This document shows positions 40,939 to 49,853 of a DNA stretch of 64,000 nucleotides, one piece after another. The DNA lies in contig CAZZJW010000003.1 in assembly GCA_964654755.1 (NCBI GenBank), positions 19,719 through 83,718 of the forward strand, written 5' to 3'. The notes below the pieces were generated by a model. That model was not told the origin of the DNA and did not search any database. It saw only the letters and a program-made list of their open reading frames with translations. Within the stretch, counting starts at the first letter, position 1. Each line of letters opens with the position of its first letter. Source of the DNA: an uncultured Pleurocapsa sp. GTDB taxonomy: Bacteria; Chloroflexota; Anaerolineae; Aggregatilineales; Phototrophicaceae. Both the position numbers and the translations under genes were made by a program.

Positions 40939-42063
40939 ATGCACATCGGACTGAATGCACATCTGCTTTCCGGGCAGGCGGGCTATCGCGCAGCCGGAAT
41001 TCATCGCTACATCGCGGGGCTGCTGGCGCATCTGGCGGCGGCGGCCCCGGCGGGCTGGCGCTATACCGCCATGGTGGGCGCGGCCAACACCGATCACTTC
41101 CCCGGCATCGACATGCGCCGCGCGCGCCTGAACACCGAAAATCCGCTGGCGCGCATCGTCTGGGAGCAGGCAGCGCAGCCGCTGCAGCTGGGCGGCTTCG
41201 ATCTGCTGCACGCCATGGCCTTCGCGGGCCCGCTGATCGCGCCGCGGCCGATGGTGGTGACGGTGTACGATCTGAGCTTCGTGCATTATCCGGAGCGCCT
41301 GCCGCGCTCGCGCCGCTGGTATCTGTCGCTGTTCGCCCGGATGACCGCCCGCCGCGCGCGCCGCGTGATGGCGATTTCGCGTGCGACGGCAGCCGACCTG
41401 ACGGCGACGTGGGGCATCGCGCCAGAGCGCATCGACCTGGTGGCCCCGGGCTATGATGCGCAGGTCTTTCGCCCGCTGCCTGAGGATGTGCTGCGCGCCT
41501 TTCGCCAGAGCAAGGGGCTGCCGCCGCGCTTCTGGCTGTTCATCGGCACGCTGGAGCCGCGCAAGAACCTGACCACGCTGCTGGAAGGCTACGCGGCGCT
41601 GCCACCGGGCGAGCGCCTGCCGCTGGTGATCGCCGGGGGCAAAGGCTGGGACACCGGGCCGATCTTCGCGGCGGTCGAGCGCTGGAAGCTGGGGGAGCAG
41701 GTACGCTTTCCCGGCTATCTTTCCCACGAGGAACTGCCGTTCTGGTACAATACCGCCGAAGCATTCGTCTATCCGTCTGTGTTTGAAGGGTTTGGCCTGC
41801 CGGTGCTGGAGGCGATGGCCTGCGGCACGCCCGTGGTGGTCTCCGATGCATCGTCGCTGACCGAGATCGCGGAGGGCGCGGGCATGCTCGTGCCGCCGTA
41901 TCAGGTGCAGGCCTGGACGGAAGCGCTGCGGCGGGCGGGCGGCGACGTGACCTGGCGCAGCGAGACGCGCGCGCTGGGACTGCAGCGCGCCATGCGTTAT
42001 CCGTGGCAGGCGGCGGCGGCGAATGCGACGGCAAGTTATCAGCGTATTCTCGATGGATCATGA
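40939..42063 (+). CDS. glycosyltransferase family 4 (GT-B, group 1)
   Basis: C-terminal motif FVYPSVFEGFGLPVLEAMACGTPVVVSD. Confidence 0.85.
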   Translation: MHIGLNAHLLSGQAGYRAAGIHRYIAGLLAHLAAAAPAGWRYTAMVGAANTDHFPGIDMRRARLNTENPLARIVWEQAAQPLQLGGFDLLHAMAFAGPLIAPRPMVVTVYDLSFVHYPERLPRSRRWYLSLFARMTARRARRVMAISRATAADLTATWGIAPERIDLVAPGYDAQVFRPLPEDVLRAFRQSKGLPPRFWLFIGTLEPRKNLTTLLEGYAALPPGERLPLVIAGGKGWDTGPIFAAVERWKLGEQVRFPGYLSHEELPFWYNTAEAFVYPSVFEGFGLPVLEAMACGTPVVVSDASSLTEIAEGAGMLVPPYQVQAWTEALRRAGGDVTWRSETRALGLQRAMRYPWQAAAANATASYQRILDGS

Positions 42064-43502
42064 CTGAGCAGGTGCATCGGCCATCTCCCCCAGAGCCAGC
42101 CTGGCTGATGCCCGTCATCGATGCCGGGCTGGCGCTGCTTGCCTTCACGCTGGCGTATGTCGTGCGCTATCAGCTCCAGATCCTGCGCCCGGTGTACGAG
42201 TTCAACTTCGCGCCGTTCGACGCCTACGTGCCGTATGGCCTGCTGTTCGCCGTGCTGGTGCTGTTCAGCCTGCGCGGGGCGGGGCTGTACAAGCCGCCGC
42301 GCACGCGCCGCTTCTCCGAAGATCTGTACGCCATCCTCAACAGCGTGGCCAGCAGCACAGTGGTGCTGATGGCGATCAGCTTCGTCTTTCAGCCGGCATT
42401 CTTCAGCCGCCTGATGCTGATCTATGCGGCGGTGGGCGCGGTGCTGCTGTTCACGCTGGCGCGCATCGTCCGGCGGGTGCTGGATGCACGGCTGCGCGCA
42501 CGCGGCGTGGGCGTGCAGCGCGTGCTGGTGATCGGCGCCGGGGATACCGGGCGCGCGGTGCTGCGCACGATGATCGCGCGCAAGTCGCTCGGCTATGTGC
42601 CGGTTGGCTACCTGGATGATGATCCCAGTCGTGGCAGCGTCGATCTGGGGCGTGTGCGCGGGCTGGGCGGGACCGGGCAGCTTGACAGCGTGCTGAAGGC
42701 AGAAACCGTCGATCTGGTGGTGATCACGCTGCCGTGGTCGTATCACGATCGCATCATGCGGCTGGTGGAGACGTGCCAGAAGGCGGGCGTGGAGACCAGC
42801 GTGGTCCCGGATGTGTTTCAGCTCAATCTGCGCCAGGTGCAGGTGGAGAACGTGGATGGCATTCCGCTGCTGCGCGTGAGCGGGGCGGTGCCGTTCAAGG
42901 GCGGCAACCGGCTGCTGAAGCGCGCTTTGGATGTGGGGTTGACGGTGCTGGCCGCGCCGCTGTGGCTGCTGGTGTGCCTGGTGATCGTGATCGCCATCCG
43001 GCTGGAGGGCGCAGGCCCGATCCTCTACCGCGCGCGGCGGGTGGGCGAAGGGGGCCGCGAATTCGACATGCTCAAGTTCCGCAGCATGGTCCCGAATGCC
43101 GAGGCGCTGCATGCCGAACTGGTGAAGGCGCACGAGCTGGACCCGCGCCATCCCAAGCTGCGGGATGATCCGCGGGTGACGCGCGTCGGCGGGGTGCTGC
43201 GCCGCACCAGCCTGGACGAGCTGCCGAATCTGCTCAATGTGCTGATGGGCCAGATGAGCCTGGTCGGGCCGCGCCCGCCCACGCCCGGTGAAGTGTCGCT
43301 GTATGAGCAGTGGCACCTGCAGCGCCTGCAGGTGAAGCCGGGCATGACCGGCCTGTGGCAGGTGAGCGGACGCAGCGATGTGCCGTTTGACGAGATGTGC
43401 CTGCTGGATATCTACTACATCGAGAACTGGACGATTGGCCTGGACGCGCAGATCCTGATGATGACCATTCCGCGCGTGCTGCTGCGCTCCGGGGCCTACT
43501 AG
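42060..43502 (+). CDS. polyprenyl glycosylphosphotransferase (WbaP/EpsL-type initiating sugar transferase)
   Basis: Multi-TM N-terminus, central Rossmann-like region (RVLVIGAGDTG), bacterial sugar transferase domain (KRALDVGL..., FDMLKFRSM, DELPNLLNVLMGQMSLVGPRP). Its ATG overlaps the GT4 stop (ATGA). Confidence 0.9.
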   Translation: MTEQVHRPSPPEPAWLMPVIDAGLALLAFTLAYVVRYQLQILRPVYEFNFAPFDAYVPYGLLFAVLVLFSLRGAGLYKPPRTRRFSEDLYAILNSVASSTVVLMAISFVFQPAFFSRLMLIYAAVGAVLLFTLARIVRRVLDARLRARGVGVQRVLVIGAGDTGRAVLRTMIARKSLGYVPVGYLDDDPSRGSVDLGRVRGLGGTGQLDSVLKAETVDLVVITLPWSYHDRIMRLVETCQKAGVETSVVPDVFQLNLRQVQVENVDGIPLLRVSGAVPFKGGNRLLKRALDVGLTVLAAPLWLLVCLVIVIAIRLEGAGPILYRARRVGEGGREFDMLKFRSMVPNAEALHAELVKAHELDPRHPKLRDDPRVTRVGGVLRRTSLDELPNLLNVLMGQMSLVGPRPPTPGEVSLYEQWHLQRLQVKPGMTGLWQVSGRSDVPFDEMCLLDIYYIENWTIGLDAQILMMTIPRVLLRSGAY

Positions 43503-43541
43503 ACGCGCCGCCAGCGATGCGGTGATGCGAGGGACCGCGCG

Positions 43542-43931
43542 ATGCTCACGATTGCCTATGACGGACAGTGCGTGATCTGCCGCAGCACGCGGCGCTTTGC
43601 GATGGCGCTGGACTGGCGCCGCCAGCTGCGCTGGGTGGATATTCATGACGCGCAGGCGGTGGCCGCGCACTACCCCGATCTGGACTTCGCGCAGGCGATG
43701 GGGCAGGTGCATGTGCGCGAGACCGCTGGCCGGGAATACACCGGCTTTTTCGGCACGCGGCGGATGATGCGCAGCCTGCCGGCGCTGCTTCCGCTGGGGC
43801 TGGCGCTGCATCTGCCCGGCATGACATGGCTGGGCCAGCGCGCGTACCGCTTCATCGCCCGCCACCGCTATCAGATCAACCGGCTGCTGGGCGCGCCCGT
43901 GTGCGAGACGGATGGCTGCCGCGTCGGTTGA
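43542..43931 (+). CDS. DCC-family thiol-disulfide oxidoreductase (DUF393)
   Basis: N-terminal YDGQCVICR CxxC motif and ...AYRFIARHRY C-terminal pattern. Confidence 0.75.
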   Translation: MLTIAYDGQCVICRSTRRFAMALDWRRQLRWVDIHDAQAVAAHYPDLDFAQAMGQVHVRETAGREYTGFFGTRRMMRSLPALLPLGLALHLPGMTWLGQRAYRFIARHRYQINRLLGAPVCETDGCRVG

Positions 43932-43956
43932 GCGCGCGCGCCGGCTCTGGTACAAT
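43928..43956 (+). promoter_or_regulatory. sigma70-type promoter of tRNA-Arg (TTGAGC-17 nt-TACAAT)
   Basis: TTGAGC gcgcgcgccggctctgg TACAAT. The -10 element ends 14 nt before the tRNA 5' end. The -35 element overlaps the stop codon of the DCC gene. Confidence 0.55.
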
Positions 43957-43970
43957 ACTGCATAGGACAG

Positions 43971-44042
43971 GCCCCCATAGCTCAGTGGATAGAGCGGCGG
44001 ACTCCTAAGCCGTGCGCCCGGGTTCGATTCCCGGTGGGGGTA
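43971..44042 (+). tRNA. tRNA-Arg (anticodon CCT)
   Basis: Acceptor GCCCCCA/TGGGGGT (G1.U72 wobble), D-arm GCTC-AGTGGATA-GAGC, anticodon loop CT-CCT-AA, T-arm CCGGG-TTCGATT-CCCGG, discriminator A. 4-nt variable loop. A31/G39 are unpaired. Confidence 0.85.
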
Positions 44043-44094
44043 CTTTCGACAGCAGTTGCAGCCGCGTTTTCGCGTTCCCGCGCCAGATTATCTG

Positions 44095-44123
44095 TTGTGC
44101 AAAACCCTCAAAGCCGGCATAAT
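44095..44123 (+). promoter_or_regulatory. candidate promoter (TTGTGC-17 nt-CATAAT) in the tRNA-Arg/recX spacer
   Basis: TTGTGC aaaaccctcaaagccgg CATAAT lies about 390 nt upstream of recX, in a locally AT-rich patch. Confidence 0.4.
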
Positions 44124-44512
44124 ATATATAGTCGGTCATTCATGGCTGATCCCGGAACAGTACGATGCGGTAACCTGCGCTGGCTGTGTGATGAACACGC
44201 TGGCGAGCGATGCAAGTGATGCCTGCCCGAACGCGTTTGCGCCGGGTGGCTGCGATCCGTAGGTGACGGTGGCTGCAGAGGATATTCATCGATGTGCAAG
44301 CAAGCGGGCAGACGGGCCCGAAGGCGCCTGATCACCTTGGGGTGAGGAACGCGCTGAAAGTGAACCGTTCAACCGCTTTGAAGGTTGCCTGCCGCTGTAC
44401 TCCGCGTCACTCGACGCGCATTCTGTCGAGCGCCAGCCGCTGGCGCTGTTTCCGACGTGCTGCTCCCGGGATTATTCGCTAACCAGTCGGTCAGTGATGT
44501 GCGGGTGCGCGC

Positions 44513-45190
44513 GTGGGTGTGATCACCGCTCTTGAGACAGGCAAGCGCAGCAGAAAGCGCGTCAATGTTCAGATTGACGGCGCGTTCGGCTTTGCTCTGT
44601 CGCTGGATGAGGCGGCCCGCCTGCGCAAAGGCCAGGTGCTGAGCGAGCAGGAGATTGCGACGCTGCAGGCGGCGGATGCCAGCCAGCGCGCGGCGGATGT
44701 GGCGGCGCGGCTGCTGAGCCTGCGCCCGCGCAGCACCGCTGAAGTGCGTCAGCATCTGCTTCGCAAAGGCGTCACTGCTGAGACTGCGGAAGCGGCTATC
44801 GCCCGTTTGCAGGTGATGGGCTATCTGGATGACCACGCCTTCGCGCAAGCCTGGATTCAGGCGCGGGGCAGTTCCCGATCGTTGAGCGCGCGCGCACTGC
44901 GCCATGAGCTGCGGCAAAAAGGCGTCTCGCGCGACATCATCGACGAACTGCTGGCCGGGCAGGATGACCAGGAGAGCGCCGAACAGGCGGCCCGTTCGCA
45001 GCTTGCGCGCCTGCGTGGCAAGGACCGCGCCCAGGCGCGACAGCGGCTGATGGGCGTGCTTGCGCGTCGCGGTTTCAGCAGCAGCACCAGCCGCGATGCC
45101 GTGCGCCACCTGTTCGACGCGCTGGACGAGGAAGATCCGCATTTCTTCGCCAGCCGTGATGGATCGGATGATGAACCGGAGTTCGACTGA
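44513..45190 (+). CDS. recX: RecA regulator RecX
   Basis: Three-repeat helical RecX pattern (LSLRPRSTAEVRQHLLRKG, LDDHAFAQAWI, RALRHELRQKGVSRDII). GTG start. Acidic C-terminal tail. Confidence 0.85.
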   Translation: MGVITALETGKRSRKRVNVQIDGAFGFALSLDEAARLRKGQVLSEQEIATLQAADASQRAADVAARLLSLRPRSTAEVRQHLLRKGVTAETAEAAIARLQVMGYLDDHAFAQAWIQARGSSRSLSARALRHELRQKGVSRDIIDELLAGQDDQESAEQAARSQLARLRGKDRAQARQRLMGVLARRGFSSSTSRDAVRHLFDALDEEDPHFFASRDGSDDEPEFD

Positions 45191-45263
45191 GTATCACCCT
45201 TGACTCGTGTTTCCCTGAAAGGAGGATGCGGGTGCCCCCAGTACCGGGCACATCGCGCAGGTT

Positions 45264-46793
45264 ATGGAAATTGTCGCTGCCATCATAGGGCTGATCATCG
45301 GGGCGGCGGCTGGAATTGGTGGACTTCTCTACTACCAGAACCAGCAGGGCGCCAACCGCCGCAAGCAGGCGGAGGACCAGGCCCAGCAGGTGATCGCCAA
45401 AGCTGAAGCAGAGTCGCTGGGGATCGCCCGCGATGCCGAGGCTGATGCGAAGAAGGTCATCGACGAGGCCAACGAGAACTCGGTGCGCCGCCGCCGCGAA
45501 CTGGACAAGGAAGATGAGCGCCTGCAGCGCCGCCGTGAGGACCTGGACAAGCGCTACGAGCGCCTGGAACAGCGTGAGCAGAACCTCAACAAGCGCCAGA
45601 GCCGCCTGGACAAGCAGCAAACAGACCTGACCAAGCTGGCCGAGGAGCGCGCCGCCGAGCTGCAGCGCATCGCGCAGCTGACGATGGACGAAGCCAAATC
45701 CGAGCTGATGGGTTTGGCCGAGCAGGAAGCGCGCAACGACATGGCGCGCATCATCCGCCAGGTGGAAGCGGAAGCCCGCGAGGAAGCGGACAACCGCGCC
45801 CGCGAGGTGATCGCGCTGGCGGTGCAGCGCCTCGCTTCGGAGCATGTGTCCGAGATCGCGGTCAGCGTGATTTCGCTGCCGAGCGATGAGATGAAGGGCC
45901 GCATCATTGGCCGCAACGGGCGCAACATCCGCGCCTTTGAGCTGGCGACGGGCGTGGATGTGGTGGTGGACGACACGCCTGAGGCGATCACGGTGAGCAG
46001 CTTTGACCCGGTGCGCCGCGAAGTGGCCAAGCGCGCGATGGCCAAGCTGGTGACCGATGGCCGTATTCACCCGGCGCGCATCGAGAAGCTGGTGGAAGAC
46101 GCCCGCACAGAGGTCGAGACGGTCATTCGCCAGGAAGGCGAGCGCGCCGCCTACGAAACCGGCGTGGTGGGCCTGCATCCGGAGATCGTCAAGCTGCTGG
46201 GGCGGCTGAAGTTCCGCACCAGCTACGGACAGAACCAGCACGCGCATGTGATCGAGACCGCGCACATCGCCGGGATGATCGCCGCCGAGCTGGGCGCAGA
46301 TGTGATGATCGCCAAGGCGGGCGGCCTGCTGCATGACCTGGGCAAGGCGGTGGACCACGAGGTGGAAGGCACGCACGCGACGATCGGCGCCGAGCTGGCG
46401 AAACGCTATGGCGTGCATCCGCGCGTGGTCAATGCCATCGCCAGCCACCACCATGAGGTAGAGCAGGAGTTCGTCGAGTCGTACATCGTCGAGGCGGCGG
46501 ATGCCATCTCCGGTGCGCGCCCCGGCGCCCGGCGCGAGAGCCTGGAGTCGTACGTGCGGCGCGTGCGCACGCTTGAGGAAATCGCCAACAGCTTCGACGG
46601 CGTGGACCAGAGCTATGCGCTGCAGGCGGGCCGCGAGGTACGCATCATTGTGCGGCCAGAGCAGGTGGACGATCTTCAGGCAGTGCGCCTGTCGAAGGAG
46701 ATCGCCAAGAAGATCGAAGAGACCATGCAGTATCCCGGCCAGATCAAGGTGCAGGTCATCCGCGAACGCCGGGCGGTCGAATTCGCCAAGTAG
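45264..46793 (+). CDS. rny: ribonuclease Y
   Basis: N-terminal TM helix, long coiled coil, KH domain (MKGRIIGRNGRNIRAFE), HD domain (HAHVIETAHIAG..LLHDLGKA). Confidence 0.95.
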   Translation: MEIVAAIIGLIIGAAAGIGGLLYYQNQQGANRRKQAEDQAQQVIAKAEAESLGIARDAEADAKKVIDEANENSVRRRRELDKEDERLQRRREDLDKRYERLEQREQNLNKRQSRLDKQQTDLTKLAEERAAELQRIAQLTMDEAKSELMGLAEQEARNDMARIIRQVEAEAREEADNRAREVIALAVQRLASEHVSEIAVSVISLPSDEMKGRIIGRNGRNIRAFELATGVDVVVDDTPEAITVSSFDPVRREVAKRAMAKLVTDGRIHPARIEKLVEDARTEVETVIRQEGERAAYETGVVGLHPEIVKLLGRLKFRTSYGQNQHAHVIETAHIAGMIAAELGADVMIAKAGGLLHDLGKAVDHEVEGTHATIGAELAKRYGVHPRVVNAIASHHHEVEQEFVESYIVEAADAISGARPGARRESLESYVRRVRTLEEIANSFDGVDQSYALQAGREVRIIVRPEQVDDLQAVRLSKEIAKKIEETMQYPGQIKVQVIRERRAVEFAK

Positions 46794-46820
46794 CCGGCGG
46801 GGCGCACAAGCCCGCGATGG

Positions 46821-46867
46821 AAATAAAAAGAGGAGCCGCTCCGCAGAGCAGCTCCTCTTTTTATTTC
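46821..46867. terminator. bidirectional rho-independent terminator between rny (+) and the BMP-family gene (-)
   Basis: AAATAAAAAGAGGAGC-(14-nt loop)-GCTCCTCTTTTTATTT. A 10-bp stem is flanked by an A-tract and a T-tract. Confidence 0.85.
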
Positions 46868-46880
46868 GGTGTCAGATGGT

Positions 46881-47927
46881 TTAGCTGGCAGCCAGCAGCT
46901 CGCCCGTGGCCGGGTCGACGCCGGTCTCAATCGAGCCGTCGATCAGGCCGGCCAGCAGCTCATCCATGGCGGCGGTCACTTCTTCCGGCACGGGAGCGTC
47001 GTGCGCCGGCGCAAAGCCGATGCCGTCATTCTCGACCGAGAGCACGTACATGCCGCTCTCCGGGAAGGCATCGCCATTGACCGCGGCGGCGATCATGTCG
47101 TACACGCCGTTGTCCACGCGCTTGACCGCGCTGGTGATGATGCGGTCGGCGCCGGGCGCTTCGCCTTCACCGAAGGTGGTGAAGTACTCGTCCTGGTCCA
47201 CGCCGATGACGAACGCGCCTTCGCCGGCAGCATAGGCGATCGCGCCGGAGCCGGTCGGGCCGCCAGCGCCGAAGATCACATCCGCGCCTTCGCCGATGAA
47301 CTGCTCAGCGGCCGCCGCGCCGCGATCCGGAGCGACGAAGCTGTCGATGTAGACGCCGAGGACCTGCACATCGGTGTCCATCTGCTCATTGACCCAGGCC
47401 ACGCCCTGCTCGTAGCCGTTGCGGAACTTGACCACCGGCGGGATGTCGATGCCGTACACGCCGGCGACGGTGCCGCTCTCGGTCATCCACGCGGCCATCG
47501 CGCCGACGAGGAAGCCGGCCTGGTCTTCGCGGAACTGCAGGCCGACGTAGTTCGGCAGCGGCTCAGCGACGAACTGGTCGACGCCGATGAACAGCGTGTC
47601 CGGATTGGCTTCAGCGGCGGCGTAGGTGGCATCGGCGATCAGGAAGCCGACGGTCACGATGACATCGTAACCTTCCTGGATGCAGGTCTCGAGATTGGCC
47701 TGGTAGTCGGTCTGGGCCTGGGTCTCGATGAAGGTGGCGTCCAGACCGAGGTCCTCGGCGGCGCGCTCCATGCCTTCATAGGCGTACTGATTGAACGTGC
47801 CATCATTGACGCGGCCGACGTCAGTGACGAGGCACACGGACTCCGCACCATCCTGAGCCGCAATCGAGAGGGTGGGGACAATGAGCAGGCTGGCTGCCCC
47901 TGCGACCAACAGCACTTTCTTCAACAT
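46881..47927 (-). CDS. BMP-family (PnrA/Med-like) substrate-binding protein
   Basis: Signal peptide MLKKVLLVAGAASLLIVPTLSIAA. VCLVTDVGRVNDGTFNQ, GYDVIVTVGF and FIGVDQ motifs. ATG 47927 follows GGAGG. Confidence 0.85.
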   Translation of the reverse strand: MLKKVLLVAGAASLLIVPTLSIAAQDGAESVCLVTDVGRVNDGTFNQYAYEGMERAAEDLGLDATFIETQAQTDYQANLETCIQEGYDVIVTVGFLIADATYAAAEANPDTLFIGVDQFVAEPLPNYVGLQFREDQAGFLVGAMAAWMTESGTVAGVYGIDIPPVVKFRNGYEQGVAWVNEQMDTDVQVLGVYIDSFVAPDRGAAAAEQFIGEGADVIFGAGGPTGSGAIAYAAGEGAFVIGVDQDEYFTTFGEGEAPGADRIITSAVKRVDNGVYDMIAAAVNGDAFPESGMYVLSVENDGIGFAPAHDAPVPEEVTAAMDELLAGLIDGSIETGVDPATGELLAAS

Positions 47928-48075
47928 TCTGAAATCGCCTCCATTATGCTTCACATCCGATGGCGTTTTGCCGCATCCTGCAGCATGAAAACACTATAGC
48001 GCATTTTCGCATGCCATACCACGCACGTGCAGGCCATGCCATTTGTGAGAACTGCCCGATTTCAAAGCGTCGTAC

Positions 48076-49782
48076 TCACAGCGCCAGCAGCGCGCGCAGG
48101 GTGAAGTGCAGCAGGTCGTATTCCGGCTGGGAAACCCACAGCCCGGCCTGCCGCAGGCCACCAGCCGCCTGGCCGCCCGCCGATGGCGAGATGACGTTGT
48201 AGATGGCGTCGAGGTCGAAGTACCACTGCGGTGGAGAGTCGGTGGCCAGCGCCTGCCAGCGCGGTTGATCCTGCAGGCGATTGTCCCCCTGGCCGGCGTG
48301 CAGCGCCGTCTCGGCGGCACTGCCCGTGCCGATCAGCAGCGCGCCCGGGGCAGCGATGGCGCTGGCGAGCGTTTCTCCCGTCACCGGGTCGGTGACGCGC
48401 AGCGCGGGCTGGCCGTCCATCTGGCTTTCCTGCACCGCATCCGTGCCCAGCACTGCTCCGGCGAGCGCCTGCACCTGCGCCAGCGCGGCCTGCGGATCGG
48501 CGCTGGCGATGATGCCGAGCATCTCGGCTTCGCTGTTGAGGACCGGGATGGGGTTGTTCGGGCGCGGCAGCAGCGCGGCAATGCCCGGCCCGTCCAGCGG
48601 GCGCAGCACATCCTGATCGATGTCCAGCCCGGCAGCCGCGCCAAGCGCCTGCAGCGCCGCGCTCACCGCCGACTCAATGTCGGCGGCGGCGGGGGCGTCC
48701 AGCACCCCGTTGGCGACGATCGGCGTGGACATGAAGGGGAATGCGCCCAGGGCCACGCCCGCGAAGTTGCTCAGCGGCGCGGCGGTGAGCAGCGCGCGGA
48801 TGGTCTCCCCGGCATTGTCCGCGCGCAGGGCGACCATGGCGCTGCGCGGCAGGTAACGCAGCAGGTCCTCCGCCTCGGCGGGGGCAGCGGGCAGGCTGAT
48901 CGGTTCGCGCAGCAGCACCGCAGCGTCGGCTTCCAGAGCGCGGCTGATGGGGCTGGCGGGCAGCACTGCTGCGCCAGCGGCCAGCACAGCGCCGGTGGCC
49001 AACGCGGCGTCGCGCGGGCTGCCGCCGGCTGCGGCCAGCGCCTCGCCGAACGCCCGCAGCAGCGCAGCGCCCGCCTCGCCGCTGACGAGGAAGGGCAGGG
49101 TGTTGGCGGCGGCGTCGCCCTGCACATAAGCGGTGAGCGCGGCGTCATCCGGCAGAGCGCCTGCGATGCGCGCATAGGGTGCGCTGTCGATCAGCCGCGC
49201 GGCCTCACCCCGGCCCGCGGCCAGCGCCGCTTCGACATCGGCGCGCGTGCCGAACAGGACCGCGCCCGGGGTGAAGGCGATGCTGACGCGGTCACCATCA
49301 TAGATCAGCGCGTCGCCTTCCGTCGCGCGCTGCAGCATGTCCTGGCCCTGCAGCGCAGGCGCGAGGGCTGCGGCGGCTGCAAAGCCGTCGTCTGTGGGCA
49401 CGATCAGCAGCGGCTGCGCGCTGTGGTAGGCGGCGTCGAGTGTGGGATAGGCGATCACAGCTTCGCCCGCCGCCCACGGCAGGATGAGCGTGGTGAAGCT
49501 GGCGGACTCAAGATCGAGGAAGTCCAGCGGGAAATAGGCATTCAGGCTGGTCGATGCGCTGATGCTGAGGCGCGTGGGCTGGACCACACTGGCGACGAAG
49601 CCCGCGACGTTCAGACTGTCGAGCGTTTCGGCTGGCGCACCGAGCGGCAGCGCCAGAAAGCCGGCAGCGTCCGCCGGGATCCACGGTCGCCCGCTGGGGG
49701 CGGGGGCGTCCTCGGCGCTGACGGCGCCCACCATCAGCAGCGCCAGCACAGCGGCGCACACGCGCACAATCATACGGGTCAT
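48076..49782 (-). CDS. secreted hypothetical protein (possibly DUF3352-like)
   Basis: Signal peptide MTRMIVRVCAAVLALLMVGAVSA. Ala/Leu-rich, about 570 aa. ATG 49782 follows GAGAGGA. Family assignment is from memory only. Confidence 0.6.
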   Translation of the reverse strand: MTRMIVRVCAAVLALLMVGAVSAEDAPAPSGRPWIPADAAGFLALPLGAPAETLDSLNVAGFVASVVQPTRLSISASTSLNAYFPLDFLDLESASFTTLILPWAAGEAVIAYPTLDAAYHSAQPLLIVPTDDGFAAAAALAPALQGQDMLQRATEGDALIYDGDRVSIAFTPGAVLFGTRADVEAALAAGRGEAARLIDSAPYARIAGALPDDAALTAYVQGDAAANTLPFLVSGEAGAALLRAFGEALAAAGGSPRDAALATGAVLAAGAAVLPASPISRALEADAAVLLREPISLPAAPAEAEDLLRYLPRSAMVALRADNAGETIRALLTAAPLSNFAGVALGAFPFMSTPIVANGVLDAPAAADIESAVSAALQALGAAAGLDIDQDVLRPLDGPGIAALLPRPNNPIPVLNSEAEMLGIIASADPQAALAQVQALAGAVLGTDAVQESQMDGQPALRVTDPVTGETLASAIAAPGALLIGTGSAAETALHAGQGDNRLQDQPRWQALATDSPPQWYFDLDAIYNVISPSAGGQAAGGLRQAGLWVSQPEYDLLHFTLRALLAL

Positions 49783-49853
49783 CGGCGGAGTCCTCTCATA
49801 CAACGCCGGTAGTGTACCCGCGCGTTTTTCGGATGAGCAAATGCTGAAGCCGG

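Noticed and set aside
44035-44060. tmRNA-like 5' sequence (GGGGGTACTTTCGAC resembles GGGG…UUCGAC)
   Set aside because: The G-run is the 3' acceptor strand of tRNA-Arg. No tag-peptide ORF, T-arm or CCA-proximal acceptor partner is found downstream.
44034-44262. Small Cys-containing ORFs downstream of tRNA-Arg (e.g. …VMNTLASDASDACPNAFAPGGCDP) and the idea of a tRNA-targeted integrated element
   Set aside because: They have no Shine-Dalgarno sequences and no neighbouring maturation genes. There is no integrase and no direct repeat of the tRNA 3' end. The region is better treated as a non-coding leader or RNA.
44330-44400. Cobalamin-riboswitch-like string (GGTGAGGAAcgcGCTGAAAGTGAACC)
   Set aside because: It has only a superficial resemblance. 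The B12-box (…AGYCMGgAgaCCkGCc…-type core) and the expected paired elements are absent, and the downstream gene (recX) is not B12-related.
47928-48075. Purine/nucleoside riboswitch upstream of the BMP-family binding-protein gene
   Set aside because: The 148-nt spacer lacks the conserved purine-riboswitch loops (UAUAAU…AUAUGG…CUACC…CCGUAAAU). Only a possible TATAGT -10 box and a GGAGG Shine-Dalgarno sequence are recognisable.
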